DNA from: an uncultured Pseudobdellovibrionaceae bacterium
GTDB lineage: Bacteria; Bdellovibrionota; Bdellovibrionia; Bdellovibrionales; UBA1609
Direction: 5' to 3'
Assembly (NCBI GenBank): GCA_963803705.1
Contig: CAWDNU010000001.1
Coordinates: 1 to 64,000 of the forward strand
Length of the DNA: 64,000 nucleotides
Shown: positions 19,801 to 31,604 of the stretch, one piece after another
Numbering within the stretch: position 1 is the first letter of the stretch
How the letters are laid out: every line of letters begins with the position of its first letter
Notes under the pieces: model-generated
Databases searched by the model: none
The model's input: only the letters and a program-made list of their open reading frames with translations
What the model was told of the DNA's origin: nothing
Position numbers and translations under genes: made by a program

Positions 19801-21996
19801 ATGTTAAATAAGAACTCTGTAAAACTGATAGTCAAAAAATTTTCTAAGTCTAGGATCATCCTTTTCTCAACTATTTTTCTTTCTGTTATTTTATCAGTTT
19901 TTCTAGATCAAACTTTTGTGAAGCAAGAGTTAACAAATAGAAAAAGCGCTGTTCATAAGATGACCTACGACCTTGAGCTAGCTTTTAAGCAGTACCTTCA
20001 TCCCCTTCAAGGAACGCAAAGTATCTACAATGGTCTAGATTTCGAAGTGTCACCAGAAATGTTTAGAAAGGCATCAGAGTCGCGTGGAATGTACAAAAAT
20101 TTTGAAGGAGCACTAGGATTTGGCTTCATTCGCAGAGTAAAAAATACAGATTTAAAATCATATGTAAATTCAATGTCAAAAAACGAAAGTGAATTTAAAT
20201 TGAAGCCAATTAGCAGTCAGGGCGTACCCAATAATTCCAATTACCACTTTATCATCGAAACTATAGAACCCGCCGAAACAAACAAACCTGCACTTGGACT
20301 GTTGATATCTGACGAACCTAATCGTAGAAATGCCGCGATAAAGTCAATGCGATCAGGAGATCCAACCATCACCAAAACTATCAGTCTTGTTCAATCTGGT
20401 AGAAAAGAACCAGGCTTTTTATTTTACCTTCCCCTATACCGATCGCCTACTAAACCCAAAACGGTTGAAGAGAGAGAAGCGCAATTGGTTGGGTGGGCGT
20501 ACACCCCGTTGCTCGCCAGTAAGATTGTCCATTTTGTATTAAAGCAGAATAGAGATTTTCCAGAATTTAAAATATTTGAAATTGATAAAAATAAATCTTT
20601 GATAAATCTATTTGTTTCAAAAGACTTTAAAGACTCAAACACCTCAGCTACTCTAAAAGAAGATATTAAAATTTTTGGTCAAACTTGGCAGCTTCACGTT
20701 CAGGTTCAAAATAAAGCGCTTTTGATCAAGCATGCTTTAGCCTTCACATTCTTTTTGTTTTTAATGTCCTGCGTATATATTCTTTACAATTATATTCTAA
20801 GTATTGAAAAAGAAATTTTAAATAAAACTCTTACTATTGAGTTTTCCAGAAAAGAAGTTGCCAAGGCGACGAAAGAAATTAAAACTCAAGCGGATTTTTT
20901 ACAGATCATCTTAAATGGTTTACCATCTATGGTTAGCTATTGGGACAAAAATTTGAATAACAAATTAAGCAATACTTCTTATAAAAAATTTAATTTTAAA
21001 GAAGGAATTGAAAAACTAAATTTCCATATTTCAGATACATACGAGTTTAAATCAAACAAATTTATTAAAAAAAGAATTGACGCTGCATTAGATGGTAAAG
21101 CCCAGATTTTCGAGATGGACGTTAATGGTCCATCTGATAAAAAATATAGAATGCTTGTTAGATATATTCCGGATCTTTTTGAAAACAAAGTCTACGGTTT
21201 TATTGCAATTGCTTCAGATATAACTGAAATACGTGACCTTGAAATTGAAAATAAAAAAAGACAAGCAACTTTGTATTCAAAGTCAAAACTTTCAACACTG
21301 GGTGAAATGGCCGCTGGTATCGCACACGAGATTAATAACCCTTTAGCAATAATCGGAGCAAATGCACAGCTTATTAAAAAGCTTGGTAACGATAGCAAGT
21401 TCAAAACGCATAAACATAAAGATAATTTTGACAAGAAAGTACATTCTATTGTCGCAACTGTTGATCGAATAGCAAAGATTGTGAAAGGACTTAAAACTTT
21501 TGCTAGAGACTCTGAAAAAGATCCCCACCTGCCTTTTAAACTAATAATTTCAGCATATGATACTCTTGGTTTGATAAAAGAAAAAGTAATGCAGCAAAAT
21601 GTTACCTTAACCATCATAGAACAATCTAAAGACGTAGTCGTTACCGGCAACAAGACACAGGTGGAACAAGTATTGATGAATCTTGTTTCAAATTCCATAG
21701 ATGCCATACACGATCTTGATGATAAATGGATTAAGATTTTCGTCGGAAGCAATCACACTTGCGGATTTATACGCATTCAGGATAGTGGCTCTGGAATTAC
21801 CGACGATATTGCAGAAAAATTGAAACAACCTTTTTTCACCACTAAAGCTGTTGGTAGCGGAATGGGTCTGGGTCTTAGCATCAGCAGTGGGATAATGGGT
21901 AAACATAAAGGCTCTTTAGATTATGAACTTTATGAAGGTCACACAAGTTTTATTTTGAAAATGCCACTGCGCTTAGCTGATGATCAAGCGGCATAA
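19801..21996 (+). CDS. CHASE-PAS sensor histidine kinase (orphan)
   Basis: CHASE motifs (IEP...N..ALG..RR.AA), TM helices, [50 protein letters not shown]. Confidence 0.93.
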   Translation: MLNKNSVKLIVKKFSKSRIILFSTIFLSVILSVFLDQTFVKQELTNRKSAVHKMTYDLELAFKQYLHPLQGTQSIYNGLDFEVSPEMFRKASESRGMYKNFEGALGFGFIRRVKNTDLKSYVNSMSKNESEFKLKPISSQGVPNNSNYHFIIETIEPAETNKPALGLLISDEPNRRNAAIKSMRSGDPTITKTISLVQSGRKEPGFLFYLPLYRSPTKPKTVEEREAQLVGWAYTPLLASKIVHFVLKQNRDFPEFKIFEIDKNKSLINLFVSKDFKDSNTSATLKEDIKIFGQTWQLHVQVQNKALLIKHALAFTFFLFLMSCVYILYNYILSIEKEILNKTLTIEFSRKEVAKATKEIKTQADFLQIILNGLPSMVSYWDKNLNNKLSNTSYKKFNFKEGIEKLNFHISDTYEFKSNKFIKKRIDAALDGKAQIFEMDVNGPSDKKYRMLVRYIPDLFENKVYGFIAIASDITEIRDLEIENKKRQATLYSKSKLSTLGEMAAGIAHEINNPLAIIGANAQLIKKLGNDSKFKTHKHKDNFDKKVHSIVATVDRIAKIVKGLKTFARDSEKDPHLPFKLIISAYDTLGLIKEKVMQQNVTLTIIEQSKDVVVTGNKTQVEQVLMNLVSNSIDAIHDLDDKWIKIFVGSNHTCGFIRIQDSGSGITDDIAEKLKQPFFTTKAVGSGMGLGLSISSGIMGKHKGSLDYELYEGHTSFILKMPLRLADDQAA

Positions 21997-22006
21997 GTCT
22001 CTTCCT

Positions 22007-23017
22007 TTAGAACAGAAGACCTTGCTTATTTGAATTGTTTTCAAATATTAGATCCAAAATAGTGTCTGATATTTTTTGACCATGGGAAAATTTAACTTCA
22101 AACTCTTCATTTTTATCTAACTTACAATTTGTAGATCTTAAACTACATGATTTTGGCTTAGAACATTTTGTACGTTTATCGTAAATATAATCTTCGCTGG
22201 GAAAAGCCCTGACAACAACACCAATAGCCTGATGTTTCGAGTTTAGAATCGGTCCACCGCTGTTTCCACCAAAGATGTCTAAAGTTGTGGTGAAAAAATT
22301 TTCATACTTTCCAGATACTACTCTTCCATTAACAGTAACTTTTTGAGGCAGGCCAGTCGGGTAACCAACAGTATAAACCTGTTCATTATTCCTAATATTT
22401 TGAACTAAAGGTAATTCCGGTCTATCTGACTTTCGCTCAATACGTATCAAAGCTACATCATCACCATATCCTAAAAAATTTTTTGAAGTTTGCTTCGTAT
22501 GTTCAAATTTTGCATAAACCACTTCTTTGCACTTGAAAGCTTTATTTGCTGGAATATAGCTTTCAATCACACCTTGACTTAAATATTTATAATCAAAAAT
22601 CCACAAAAAATCTGCACACTGAGGAGTAACTTCATTTCTAACTTCTGTATCAATTGCGGTCACACAATGCCCAGCCGTCATTATGAGGTCAGGAGCTACT
22701 AAAAACCCAGTGCAATTAACACTTGCTGTAGGCTGATTATAAAATTTTTCACCCTTGCATAGAGCTGCTTCAAAAGAGTTAGAGATCGAATTGAAATCTA
22801 TCAGATAATCTAAGCCCTGATCTTTTAAAAAAACTGGCGACACCATTACTGCCACCGAGGGGCTTACTAATTTTTCAATCACAGGTTGGGTGAAAACTTC
22901 CTTTCTGTCATCTGCACCGAAGATAATAGCGTGAGACTTAGGTTGAAACACAGCTACGACTATGATTATGCATAATAAATGCACCCAAGGACTATTGGCT
23001 TTTCGACCCATATTCAA
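22007..23017 (-). CDS. Secreted trypsin-like serine protease
   Basis: TAGHC, DDVALI and GGNSGGP catalytic triad; signal peptide. Confidence 0.92.
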   Translation of the reverse strand: MNMGRKANSPWVHLLCIIIVVAVFQPKSHAIIFGADDRKEVFTQPVIEKLVSPSVAVMVSPVFLKDQGLDYLIDFNSISNSFEAALCKGEKFYNQPTASVNCTGFLVAPDLIMTAGHCVTAIDTEVRNEVTPQCADFLWIFDYKYLSQGVIESYIPANKAFKCKEVVYAKFEHTKQTSKNFLGYGDDVALIRIERKSDRPELPLVQNIRNNEQVYTVGYPTGLPQKVTVNGRVVSGKYENFFTTTLDIFGGNSGGPILNSKHQAIGVVVRAFPSEDYIYDKRTKCSKPKSCSLRSTNCKLDKNEEFEVKFSHGQKISDTILDLIFENNSNKQGLLF

Positions 23018-23083
23018 ATTCCACCTATAAAGTTGTAGGTAATATCAAATAATATAAATTTAGATTTCGCAACTCATCCGACC

Positions 23084-23185
23084 TAACTTTCTCATTTATT
23101 TACTCTTTTAACTTGCTCATCTACTTGCTCAGTTAAATCACGCAGTTAACTTACTCATTAAACTTATTCATTTAGCTTACTCATT
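23084..23185 (+). repeat. Eight degenerate tandem 12-13 bp repeats, consensus TAACTTACTCATT
   Basis: taactttctcatt/tatttactcttt/taacttgctcatc/tacttgctcagt/taaatcacgcagt/taacttactcatt/aaacttattcatt/tagcttactcatt. Confidence 0.85.
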
Positions 23186-23188
23186 GAA

Positions 23189-24076
23189 CTATCGCACATA
23201 AGATTCTGACCGAACACTTAGAAAGCGCTTTAGCTCTTCTAAGATAAAACTTTCTTCAACTGATAATTTAGAGGCTTGATAACACAAGGTGATATCATGG
23301 GAATCGAACTTGTTTAATTTGATTTTAGGATGCTGATAAGTTTCTAGCTTTTTTTGGATAGCTCCCTCTTTAGCAACTCTGTGTGGAAGAAGGCCTACTC
23401 CCATACCCCTTTCAGTCAACGACTTAACGGTTTCTAGATTATCACAGTTAAACGCATCTTTGAATTTAAACCTTTGAATAGATCCGTGGACATCATTGGA
23501 TTCAAAATCAAAATATATAAGTTTATCTTTAAAATTTTGATTTATTTGCGGAGAGCAATATAGTCCAAAAGAATCATTGTATATAACTTCACTTATCAAG
23601 TTCGAAGGTGGCTTTTTCGAAAAAACCACAATAGCGATATCTAAATTTTTATTTTGAAGGTCTTTGATCATCGCGGAACTTTTTCCAGTTTTCAAAAAGA
23701 TATTTAGATCAGGCACTGTGCTTTCAAGGTAATTTAAAAAATCTGGAAAGAAATATCGCGCAATACTGTCGTAAGTGCCAATTCTAATTGTACCTTTAAT
23801 TGCTGACAGTCCAGATTTAATTCTTAATTCAGATTTTTCAGCTAATTCTATAACTTCCTTTGCGAAGTCATAGAGCTTTTTTCCTTCTAGTGTTGGAATA
23901 ACGCCCTTTACCGACCTGTACAGGAGCTTTACATTTAAAATGTCCTCTAACTGTTTAATGACTTTACTTAGCTGAGGCTGACCTACAAAGGCTTTTTCCG
24001 AAGCTTTTTTAAGAGATCCAGAATCCACAACAATTCTAAAGTATTCAAGTTTGTTTAGATGGTCTTTGAGTCTCAT
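23189..24076 (-). CDS. LysR family transcriptional regulator
   Basis: LEYFRIVVDSGSLKKASEKAFVGQPQLSKVIKQLE HTH; GTIRIG. Confidence 0.95.
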   Translation of the reverse strand: MRLKDHLNKLEYFRIVVDSGSLKKASEKAFVGQPQLSKVIKQLEDILNVKLLYRSVKGVIPTLEGKKLYDFAKEVIELAEKSELRIKSGLSAIKGTIRIGTYDSIARYFFPDFLNYLESTVPDLNIFLKTGKSSAMIKDLQNKNLDIAIVVFSKKPPSNLISEVIYNDSFGLYCSPQINQNFKDKLIYFDFESNDVHGSIQRFKFKDAFNCDNLETVKSLTERGMGVGLLPHRVAKEGAIQKKLETYQHPKIKLNKFDSHDITLCYQASKLSVEESFILEELKRFLSVRSESYVR

Positions 24077-24077
24077 A

Positions 24078-25124
24078 TTAATCTTTTGGCAGGCCGTTGC
24101 CTATCCATTCTTTTAATACATCCAATTCTAAATCAGTAACTTCGGACAAATCACTTACGTCATCTCTTGAAGAAATAAACGGCATAGCATCAAAGAAAAA
24201 TTCATCTTCATCAACACGCCCTATTATTGCACCAATGAAGTGGCTATTTTCTGGATCGCTGACATCGAATAACTTTGGTGATTTTTGAAACCAAGTCATT
24301 AAAGATTCGTAGGTAGACATATCGTTAGGACCTCTTCGTCCAAAAGAGTTATGACATAAGATACATTTGGGCCCTAAAATATTGTTTCGAATTGAAAACC
24401 AATTTGGCTGCAAGGATTCGCCAACTGCTTCAGCTTGCTCGCCTACAAATAATGGCGCCCCTTGGTCCACCCAGGACATCCACATTTTTTTTTGTTGCAT
24501 AGAAAGTGGCTCGACCTGACCTCCTTTAGCTACTGGGTAAGGCATTCTGTCGGTTTGAAACGTACTGGTGATCGACGTTAAATTTTCTATCGTTGTAGAG
24601 TAATCTTCAAAGTGACTATGACATTCAAAACAATTATTTGGCTTTAAAACAAATTCTTTTATGTCCGCAAAACTATACTGAACGGAATCTATATTAATTT
24701 CATTTATTTTTGACTCTACAAACTCTGGTTTACCCTGGCCTATCCAGTCTTTGAAAAGCATAATTAAGGTTGGATCTAAAGAGTTAGGACCTACTGGCAT
24801 ACGCCTAACGAAGTTGGTAGTAGATATTCTATCTAAAATATTGTTGCTTGCGATTCTAACTATAGAATACATTTCAAAAGATTTATGAATCCCAGTGTGA
24901 CAGTTTATGCAATAAGGTTCTAAAATTTGACTTTTAATGTCTTGAAAAGACAATTCACTAGTTGATAAAACCCCAATACCAGTGGAGTTTAGCTCTTCAA
25001 ATTTTAAAGCAGACCCTGACTGAACATGTTCACCTTTAATGTGCTCATCAACATTACACGCAGATAAAAGAGATGCTACTAAGATTAAAATATAAAGTTT
25101 CATGCCCCTTACCCCTATAAACAA
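24078..25124 (-). CDS. Triheme c-type cytochrome lipoprotein
   Basis: Lipobox LSAC; CINCH, CFECH, CILCH, each followed by MP...W...G repeats. Confidence 0.85.
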   Translation of the reverse strand: MFIGVRGMKLYILILVASLLSACNVDEHIKGEHVQSGSALKFEELNSTGIGVLSTSELSFQDIKSQILEPYCINCHTGIHKSFEMYSIVRIASNNILDRISTTNFVRRMPVGPNSLDPTLIMLFKDWIGQGKPEFVESKINEINIDSVQYSFADIKEFVLKPNNCFECHSHFEDYSTTIENLTSITSTFQTDRMPYPVAKGGQVEPLSMQQKKMWMSWVDQGAPLFVGEQAEAVGESLQPNWFSIRNNILGPKCILCHNSFGRRGPNDMSTYESLMTWFQKSPKLFDVSDPENSHFIGAIIGRVDEDEFFFDAMPFISSRDDVSDLSEVTDLELDVLKEWIGNGLPKD

Positions 25125-25126
25125 AA

Positions 25127-25714
25127 CTATAATCTTGGTTGCTCTCCTGCTTTGGCCGTCTTACCTGGGTTCGCTAAATCTTGCGCCCAAAAGCCATCAG
25201 CCAAATTTTGGTTTCCATTTAAGTCGTTATCAAATCTTGCTTTTGCCCCACGAGCAATAAAGAAATTCAAACGTCTTGCATCAGGATCATTAGCGCCGGC
25301 TTCAATGAACACGCCATTTTCTTGCTTAACCAGAGAAAATAAAAACGGATCTATTTCAGCAAAATCATCGTTCGCCATTGCCCATGCACACCAGCCACCG
25401 TAAGTAGGCTCGTACTTTAAGGGTTCATTTAAAAATTGGTCTTTATTTTTAGAATTTGCAAAAAAGTAAGACACACCGCCATAGCTGGCTGTAAATTCCA
25501 TTTTACCAGCTAATGGATTACCCCCACCTTCAACAAAGTAAGAAACGGGATCAAACCCTTGCAAACCCACCTGACCAGGCAACAAAAGATAAACAGCAAT
25601 GTTCCGATCAGTTTGTTCAGCAGTAGGTGAGGCGTAACTGTGGGGGTTCACAAAAACTAACCCTATAAGTGTTAAGAAAGTTGTCGTACTAATTTTTGAT
25701 AAAACTTTATTCAT
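25127..25714 (-). CDS. Exported YHS-domain protein (Cys form of the YHS (seleno)protein family)
   Basis: GFDPVSYF..G...Y.F....N...F...P.KY.P.YGGWCAWAMA. Confidence 0.85.
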   Translation of the reverse strand: MNKVLSKISTTTFLTLIGLVFVNPHSYASPTAEQTDRNIAVYLLLPGQVGLQGFDPVSYFVEGGGNPLAGKMEFTASYGGVSYFFANSKNKDQFLNEPLKYEPTYGGWCAWAMANDDFAEIDPFLFSLVKQENGVFIEAGANDPDARRLNFFIARGAKARFDNDLNGNQNLADGFWAQDLANPGKTAKAGEQPRL

Positions 25715-25824
25715 CGATGCCTCCTTACAGCTTCAGCTTAAAGGTAGCACAGCAATCGGTTTAAATCTTATCGATAAATAACATAGGGGTATTCTTTTAA
25801 AGAAACTAAAACACTCCTTAGTTA

Positions 25825-26691
25825 CTACCAAATATAGTCGGCGACCGAACCTCGTTCTGTGTTATGGATGACCTTATCAAAATCATTTGAATTTAAATTA
25901 GAAAGAGAAGTTGTTTGGAAGATAGTTTTAATCTCACCTGGCCATCTTTCGCTTAATCTAAATGGTAAGCCTAAATCGTACATAATGTGAAATTGGCCAA
26001 CTATTACAACTAATATTTGATTAGGGTCGTTACTCATTATTTTTGCAATGTTCCAAGCCATTGTATCGTCCCAGATGGACTGGGACTTAAAGCCTAAATC
26101 AAGATCCATTCCATGATGAGCCATGTAAGACATCTCATCCATGAACATTTTTTTGTAAGCTTTTTGACCAAGTTTAAAATTAACAGGCAGAAGATCTTTA
26201 AGATCTTTAGGCAAAGTATTCTTGCCATGTTTTGTCACATATTCAGTCAATATTTTAGGGCTGTTTAAGGCATAGGTCCAGCCACTACCCTTCAAAGGAG
26301 CAAGCACTTGCGATCTATAGCTCTGAAAAGGATTTTGACCCCAGCTTACAGCAAGCAGAAAACTTCGCTCGGTTATATTTTGATTAAGAAAAAGGTCAAG
26401 ATGATCCTGATCCGTGTAGCTTAAAAACTCCATTCCAACACTTACTTTTTTGTAACTACTAATTAGAGCTTCTATTAACAGAGCTTGATTTACTTGATCA
26501 GTACTAGCTTTACCTTGGGTGGCATGCGACTCGCCAATTAAGATGACATCACCGGGCTGAATTGTTTGAACAAACTGTGATACCCCTAAGCGGCGACCTG
26601 AATCTGTTTCCAGTAGGGTCCTGGGATTTGCTGAAACACAGTTAGCGCAAAAAACTAAAAAAACTAAAAAGATTTTCATGATGTGCTCCAT
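25825..26691 (-). CDS. ChaN/PhuW family heme-uptake-associated protein
   Basis: ILIGESH, VGMEF, QSIWDDTMA, IVGQFH..Y..GLP.RL. Confidence 0.85.
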   Translation of the reverse strand: MEHIMKIFLVFLVFCANCVSANPRTLLETDSGRRLGVSQFVQTIQPGDVILIGESHATQGKASTDQVNQALLIEALISSYKKVSVGMEFLSYTDQDHLDLFLNQNITERSFLLAVSWGQNPFQSYRSQVLAPLKGSGWTYALNSPKILTEYVTKHGKNTLPKDLKDLLPVNFKLGQKAYKKMFMDEMSYMAHHGMDLDLGFKSQSIWDDTMAWNIAKIMSNDPNQILVVIVGQFHIMYDLGLPFRLSERWPGEIKTIFQTTSLSNLNSNDFDKVIHNTERGSVADYIW

Positions 26692-27183
26692 TTAACTATT
26701 ATACTTTAGTGTTATAATTCAATCTAGGTCAGAAAATGAGTTCCTACAAAACTTACATTTTAAATTGAAAACCTTGCGGCCAAACTTATTTAATCAGTTT
26801 ATAGTCGGCTTTAAGGACGGAAACAACAACATGGGTAAGCTTTTAACTGTATGGCCAAAATGATTAAACCCCGATTTTTAACTTTCTTCAGGGGTTTATT
26901 TTGACACAAGAAATAAATAGTGTTTGAACCACAGCAGTACGCAAAGGGATCACTTTACTTCAAGCGCAATAAAAATGTTTTCATATTGCGCAAAAATATG
27001 AGTTTTCTTAAATAGTTTTCGCTAAATATCTTTTTTTTGAAGATTAAATAATCAAATTAAGACCACACGTTAAACCTTCAGTCTTTTTGAAAATTACCAG
27101 GCTAGTCGCTATTTTGAATAGTGTTGTTTTATTGATCAAGCTTTGTTCTAATTATTTTTTAACTAAAACAACAAGGGGATTAT

Positions 27184-27645
27184 ATGAATTTGAAGTCTTT
27201 ATCAATATTGTTTATTACGCTGATTTCTACATTATCATTTGCACAAACTATGGATCCGTCCCAAATTGCGGATCAGTTTATTGCTTGTACTAGTCAGTCT
27301 CAGACTCAACAATTGTTAGTACCGATGAGAGACGAAAACACAGCAGTAACAGGACAGTTTATTGTAACTGATGCTCCTGGATCACAAAATATTCTTGAAA
27401 TGGTTCAATTAAATGTATTGGCAGCTTCTTTCGATGATCAGACAATTAATATCGAAGCAACCGGTATGGTCAACTTTAATAAAACTTATAACCTAACTGC
27501 AAATGCTGCTGGTGAATTTAATATAAGTCCTAGTTTGAAAACAATGGTTTACCTAGGTAGCTTCAACGGATCGGGCGCTGCGACTGAAGGCTACACGTGC
27601 GTTGTACTAACTGCTGATCAGCTAGGTCAGATGAACCAGAATTAA
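27184..27645 (+). CDS. Secreted hypothetical protein
   Basis: Signal peptide LSFA/Q; AGGGG RBS. Confidence 0.75.
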   Translation: MNLKSLSILFITLISTLSFAQTMDPSQIADQFIACTSQSQTQQLLVPMRDENTAVTGQFIVTDAPGSQNILEMVQLNVLAASFDDQTINIEATGMVNFNKTYNLTANAAGEFNISPSLKTMVYLGSFNGSGAATEGYTCVVLTADQLGQMNQN

Positions 27646-27682
27646 AAATATTTTATCAGAAAGATTAAAAGTAGTGTCTAAT

Positions 27683-27718
27683 AAAAAAGCCATGATTTTC
27701 AAATCATGGCTTTTTTTT
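27683..27718. terminator. Bidirectional rho-independent terminator
   Basis: AAAAAAGCCATGATTT-TC-AAATCATGGCTTTTTTTT between convergent genes. Confidence 0.9.
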
Positions 27719-27735
27719 AAAAGTGTATTTACTTT

Positions 27736-28851
27736 CTATTTTACAATTTCACGTTCTTTTGGCCCAATATATTCACTGAGGGGTCTAATGATTCTATTGT
27801 TAGCGGTTTGTTCCATAATGTGGGCAGACCAACCTGTTATACGACTCATTACAAAAATTGGCGTAAACATTTCGATTTCAAAGCCCATCATGTAATAGGC
27901 AGGTCCTGCAGGAAAATCCAAATTAGGATAAATATTTTTCTCAGCCACCATGACTTTTTCCAATTCATTGGAAATTTCTAACCATTTTTTAGCGCCAGTA
28001 AAATCTGCCATCTTTGTCATGTACTTTTTCATTGTTGGAACTCGAGAGTCGCCGTTTTTGTAAACTCTATGACCAAAGCCCATAATTTTACGTTTTTCGG
28101 CAAGAGCTTTCAACATCCACTCTTTTGCACGACTAGGCTCTTCAACTTCTTTTAGCAAGTACATCACCTGTTCATTGGCCCCACCATGTAGTGGGCCCTT
28201 TAAGGCTCCGATACCACCAACAACTGCACTGTATATATCAGAAGTAGTTGACGTAATAACCCGAGCAGCAAACGTCGAGGCATTGAAACTATGTTCCGCA
28301 TACAAAATCAAAGAGACGTCAAAAGATTTAACTATTTCTTTAGCTGGAACTTCACCAAAACACATTTTAAAAAAGTTTTCAGAAATAGACAAAGCCTTAT
28401 CAGGCTCAATCAGTTCTTTGCCGTGCTTTAAGCGATATGCTGTTGCAATAATAGTAGGGATTTTAGCGAGAAGTGAGATGGATTTATCTAAGTTTGTTTC
28501 AGGTGTATTGTCCCAAATTCTTTCATCTTCACAACCTAACAAGCTCACACCTGTTCTTAAAAAATCCATGGGATGACAGCTAGTGCTTATCTGTTTCAAA
28601 GCGGTCATAACATTAGTTGGCAGAGCTCTTTGTGCACGCTCTTTTGATTCAAAATCCTTAAGCTCATCACCAGTTGGTAGATTATCGTTCCACATAAGAT
28701 ATGCCACTTCTTCAAAAGAACACATCTCACACAGGTCTTGTACCCTGTATCCCCTATAAGTTAATGAGTTACTTTCTGGCATCACTTTTGAAATAGCAGT
28801 CTTGTCCATGACAACACCCTCTAGGCCAGGCTTTACGTTCATAACTGACAT
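27736..28851 (-). CDS. prpC: 2-methylcitrate synthase
   Basis: GLEGVV, YAEHSFNASTF, LKGPLHGGANE, MGFGHRVY, PNLDF; operon with prpB and prpD. Confidence 0.93.
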   Translation of the reverse strand: MSVMNVKPGLEGVVMDKTAISKVMPESNSLTYRGYRVQDLCEMCSFEEVAYLMWNDNLPTGDELKDFESKERAQRALPTNVMTALKQISTSCHPMDFLRTGVSLLGCEDERIWDNTPETNLDKSISLLAKIPTIIATAYRLKHGKELIEPDKALSISENFFKMCFGEVPAKEIVKSFDVSLILYAEHSFNASTFAARVITSTTSDIYSAVVGGIGALKGPLHGGANEQVMYLLKEVEEPSRAKEWMLKALAEKRKIMGFGHRVYKNGDSRVPTMKKYMTKMADFTGAKKWLEISNELEKVMVAEKNIYPNLDFPAGPAYYMMGFEIEMFTPIFVMSRITGWSAHIMEQTANNRIIRPLSEYIGPKEREIVK

Positions 28852-28901
28852 TTGGATCTCCTTTAAAACTGGTTGAAAATTAAATCTATATTCTAGAACA
28901 C

Positions 28902-29795
28902 CTATAGTTTGAAATTAAAAATGTTCTGATCAAAAGTGTTGTAGTCTTCGTACTTTAAGATCTCATAAAGTCTTGATCGTTGCTGCATATGATCTAAAAT
29001 TTTTTCCTGCGAACCTTCTTCTTTTATATGTCTAAGACCGTCCTCGACGGCTTTCATGGCAAGCCTTAACGTGGTCACTGGATAAATAACCATGTTGTAC
29101 CCCAAAGACTCTAGTGTTTTTCGATCAAGAAGTTTCGACTTACCAAACTCGGTCATGTTTGCAAGTAAAGGAACATTGATTGCCTTTCTAAAGGCTTCGA
29201 ACTCAGACTCGTCTTGCAAAGCTTCGGGAAAAATCATGTCAGCCCCGCCATCCACATAAGCCTTTGCCCGATCGATAGATTTCTCTAATCCTTCTGACGC
29301 TCTAGAATCTGTACGCGCCATTAATACGAAGTTTGAATCTGTTTTTGCATCGGCACCAGCCTTTACCTTTTTTACCATGTCAGAAGTATCAACAAGAGAC
29401 TTATTATCTAAGTGCCCACATCTTTTAGGATTAATTTGGTCTTCTAAATGACAGCCACTTATACCTAAATCGATCATCTCTTTTACTGTTCTACTTACAC
29501 TCATTATTTCGCCAAAACCTGTATCGATGTCGATGATACTGGGTAAATTCGTGGTGCGACTGATAGATCGACCTCGCTGGCTAACTTCGCTTAAAGTTGT
29601 AAGTCCAATATCTGGTAAACCTAAATCATTAGATAAAACGGCACCAGATATATACACGCCATCAAAACCAATCTCTTCAATAAGCATAGATACAAGGGGT
29701 GAAAAAGACCCTGGAAACCTTAGAAGTTTCCCAGATTTTAAAGCCAAGTTTAATTCTTTTCTTTTCTCAAAAGCATTTTTTTCAGCGTTGATCAA
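28902..29795 (-). CDS. prpB: Methylisocitrate lyase
   Basis: [28 protein letters not shown]. Confidence 0.96.
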   Translation of the reverse strand: MINAEKNAFEKRKELNLALKSGKLLRFPGSFSPLVSMLIEEIGFDGVYISGAVLSNDLGLPDIGLTTLSEVSQRGRSISRTTNLPSIIDIDTGFGEIMSVSRTVKEMIDLGISGCHLEDQINPKRCGHLDNKSLVDTSDMVKKVKAGADAKTDSNFVLMARTDSRASEGLEKSIDRAKAYVDGGADMIFPEALQDESEFEAFRKAINVPLLANMTEFGKSKLLDRKTLESLGYNMVIYPVTTLRLAMKAVEDGLRHIKEEGSQEKILDHMQQRSRLYEILKYEDYNTFDQNIFNFKL

Positions 29796-31300
29796 AAAAT
29801 ACCTCGATCGTCTCGCTCGCGATGAGTTAATTTTTCAAGTGGAACTTCGACGTTCAACTGTGATAATTCACCCGCTTTCAAATTCGCCAAATTTTGTACT
29901 GCATCTAAGAACCTTTCGCTTTCTTTAGCTGTTATTATTCCCTCGGTTAAGGTATTAAACTTCTGTATGTAATTCGCTCTTCCAAACGGTCTGTTACCAG
30001 CTGGGTGTGCATCAGCTACTCTTTTCTCATCTACTAATTTTTCTCCGTTTTTCATGACAATCTCAATTTTTGCGCCAAAAGCTTTTTTACTAGGATCCGG
30101 GTCATGGTACATCTCAGTCCACTTTGGGTCCTCTACAGTTCTAATTTTGTGCCAAAGTTTGACAGTCGATGCTTTAGAAGCTCGGTCAGGCGTGTAGCTA
30201 TCTACGTGGTGCCAACGGCCATCCTCGAGCGCAACGGCAAAAATATACATGATGCTGTGATCTAAAGTTTCACGACTAGCCTTAGGGTCCATTTTTTGTG
30301 GATCGCCAGCGCCTGTCCCAATAACGTAGTGTGTATGATGACTTGTGTGAATAATTATCTCTTTAATTTCATTTAGATCTTTTATCTTCTTTCTTAAATC
30401 AAAAGCTAAATCAATTAAGGCCTGTGATTGGTACTCAGCGGAGTGCTCTTTAGTATAGGTATCTAAAATCGCTCTTTTGGCTTCACCTTTTTCAGGTATT
30501 AGAATTTCGTAGTTAGAGTCTTTTCCATCCAGCATGTAAGCCAGCACGCTGTCCTCACCTTCGTATATTGGTGATGGACTATTTTCACCACGCATAGATC
30601 TGTCAACAGCTTCGATTGCCATCTTTCCAGCAAAGGCAGGTGCATATGCCTTCCAACTTGAAATTTCACCTTTTCTTGATTGCCGGGTGGCGAAGGTGAT
30701 ATGCAGAGCTTGCTGAATAGCTTGATAAATGCGCTCAGTCGGCAATGACAGCAGCGTACCAATTGCCGCAGCTGCTGAAGGCCCTAGATGAGCAATGTGA
30801 TCTTTTTTGTGTTTGTGAAGGCAAATTCCTTTGACCAAATTCACCTGAATTTCATAACCCGTTGCCAATCCACGTATCAGATCTTGCCCTGACTTTTCCA
30901 TTGCCTGGGCAACTGCCAAAGTTGGGGGAATGTTGTCGCCCGGATGAGAGTAGTCAGCTGCTAGAAAGGTGTCGTGCATATCGAGCTCTCTAACTGCTGT
31001 GCCATTAGCCCAAGCCGCCCACTCGGGTGAAAAGGTCTTATCCATGGGCATACCAAATACTTGAGCTCCACCACTTTTTGGATGAGCTAAAGCCTGAGAT
31101 CTTGCATTTGCAACGGGTCTTCGGTTGATAGCTGCTATGGCAACAGAAGCATTATCAATAATTCTATTGATAATCATGTCTTCAACATCTTTATCAACAG
31201 CAACAGGGTCTGAAGCCAATTCGGCAAACTTCCAAGCTAGCTGGTCTTCTTTGAGTAGTTCAGCTTTTGAAGGATAAACCTTTAGTTTATGGATTTTCAT
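29792..31300 (-). CDS. prpD: 2-methylcitrate dehydratase (MmgE/PrpD)
   Basis: [44 protein letters not shown]. Confidence 0.95.
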   Translation of the reverse strand: MKIHKLKVYPSKAELLKEDQLAWKFAELASDPVAVDKDVEDMIINRIIDNASVAIAAINRRPVANARSQALAHPKSGGAQVFGMPMDKTFSPEWAAWANGTAVRELDMHDTFLAADYSHPGDNIPPTLAVAQAMEKSGQDLIRGLATGYEIQVNLVKGICLHKHKKDHIAHLGPSAAAAIGTLLSLPTERIYQAIQQALHITFATRQSRKGEISSWKAYAPAFAGKMAIEAVDRSMRGENSPSPIYEGEDSVLAYMLDGKDSNYEILIPEKGEAKRAILDTYTKEHSAEYQSQALIDLAFDLRKKIKDLNEIKEIIIHTSHHTHYVIGTGAGDPQKMDPKASRETLDHSIMYIFAVALEDGRWHHVDSYTPDRASKASTVKLWHKIRTVEDPKWTEMYHDPDPSKKAFGAKIEIVMKNGEKLVDEKRVADAHPAGNRPFGRANYIQKFNTLTEGIITAKESERFLDAVQNLANLKAGELSQLNVEVPLEKLTHRERDDRGIF

Positions 31301-31604
31301 TCTAAGTCTCCTTTGCGCCGTAGCTTTATAGTTTCACTCAGACGGCTATTTACGCTGTCTAATTTTTAGCTAAGCTTATTTAACTACTGTTTAGTTTATG
31401 TTTTATTCGAATTTGAATTTAAAAACATCACAACAGGGGTCAATTTTTTAAAAAAACATAGCTTTGACCAATTTTTTGCTGTTACTGCATCGCAGTAAGC
31501 TCTAAGAACCCCTTATTATATGACATCCGTGGCTTTGTCAGAAATTTCTTTCTGGTATTTACTAGCCTTCAAAAATAATATTTATCAAGAACCCAGGAGA
31601 ACCT

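Noticed and set aside
21192..21752. 186-aa antisense ORF and similar short overlapping ORFs elsewhere
   Set aside because: Reverse-frame shadows of well-supported genes.
23084..23185. CRISPR array
   Set aside because: Units are 12-13 bp with no spacers and no cas genes are present.
25127..25714. Selenocysteine recoding in the YHS protein
   Set aside because: The ORF is open and has Cys in GGWCAW; no in-frame TGA.
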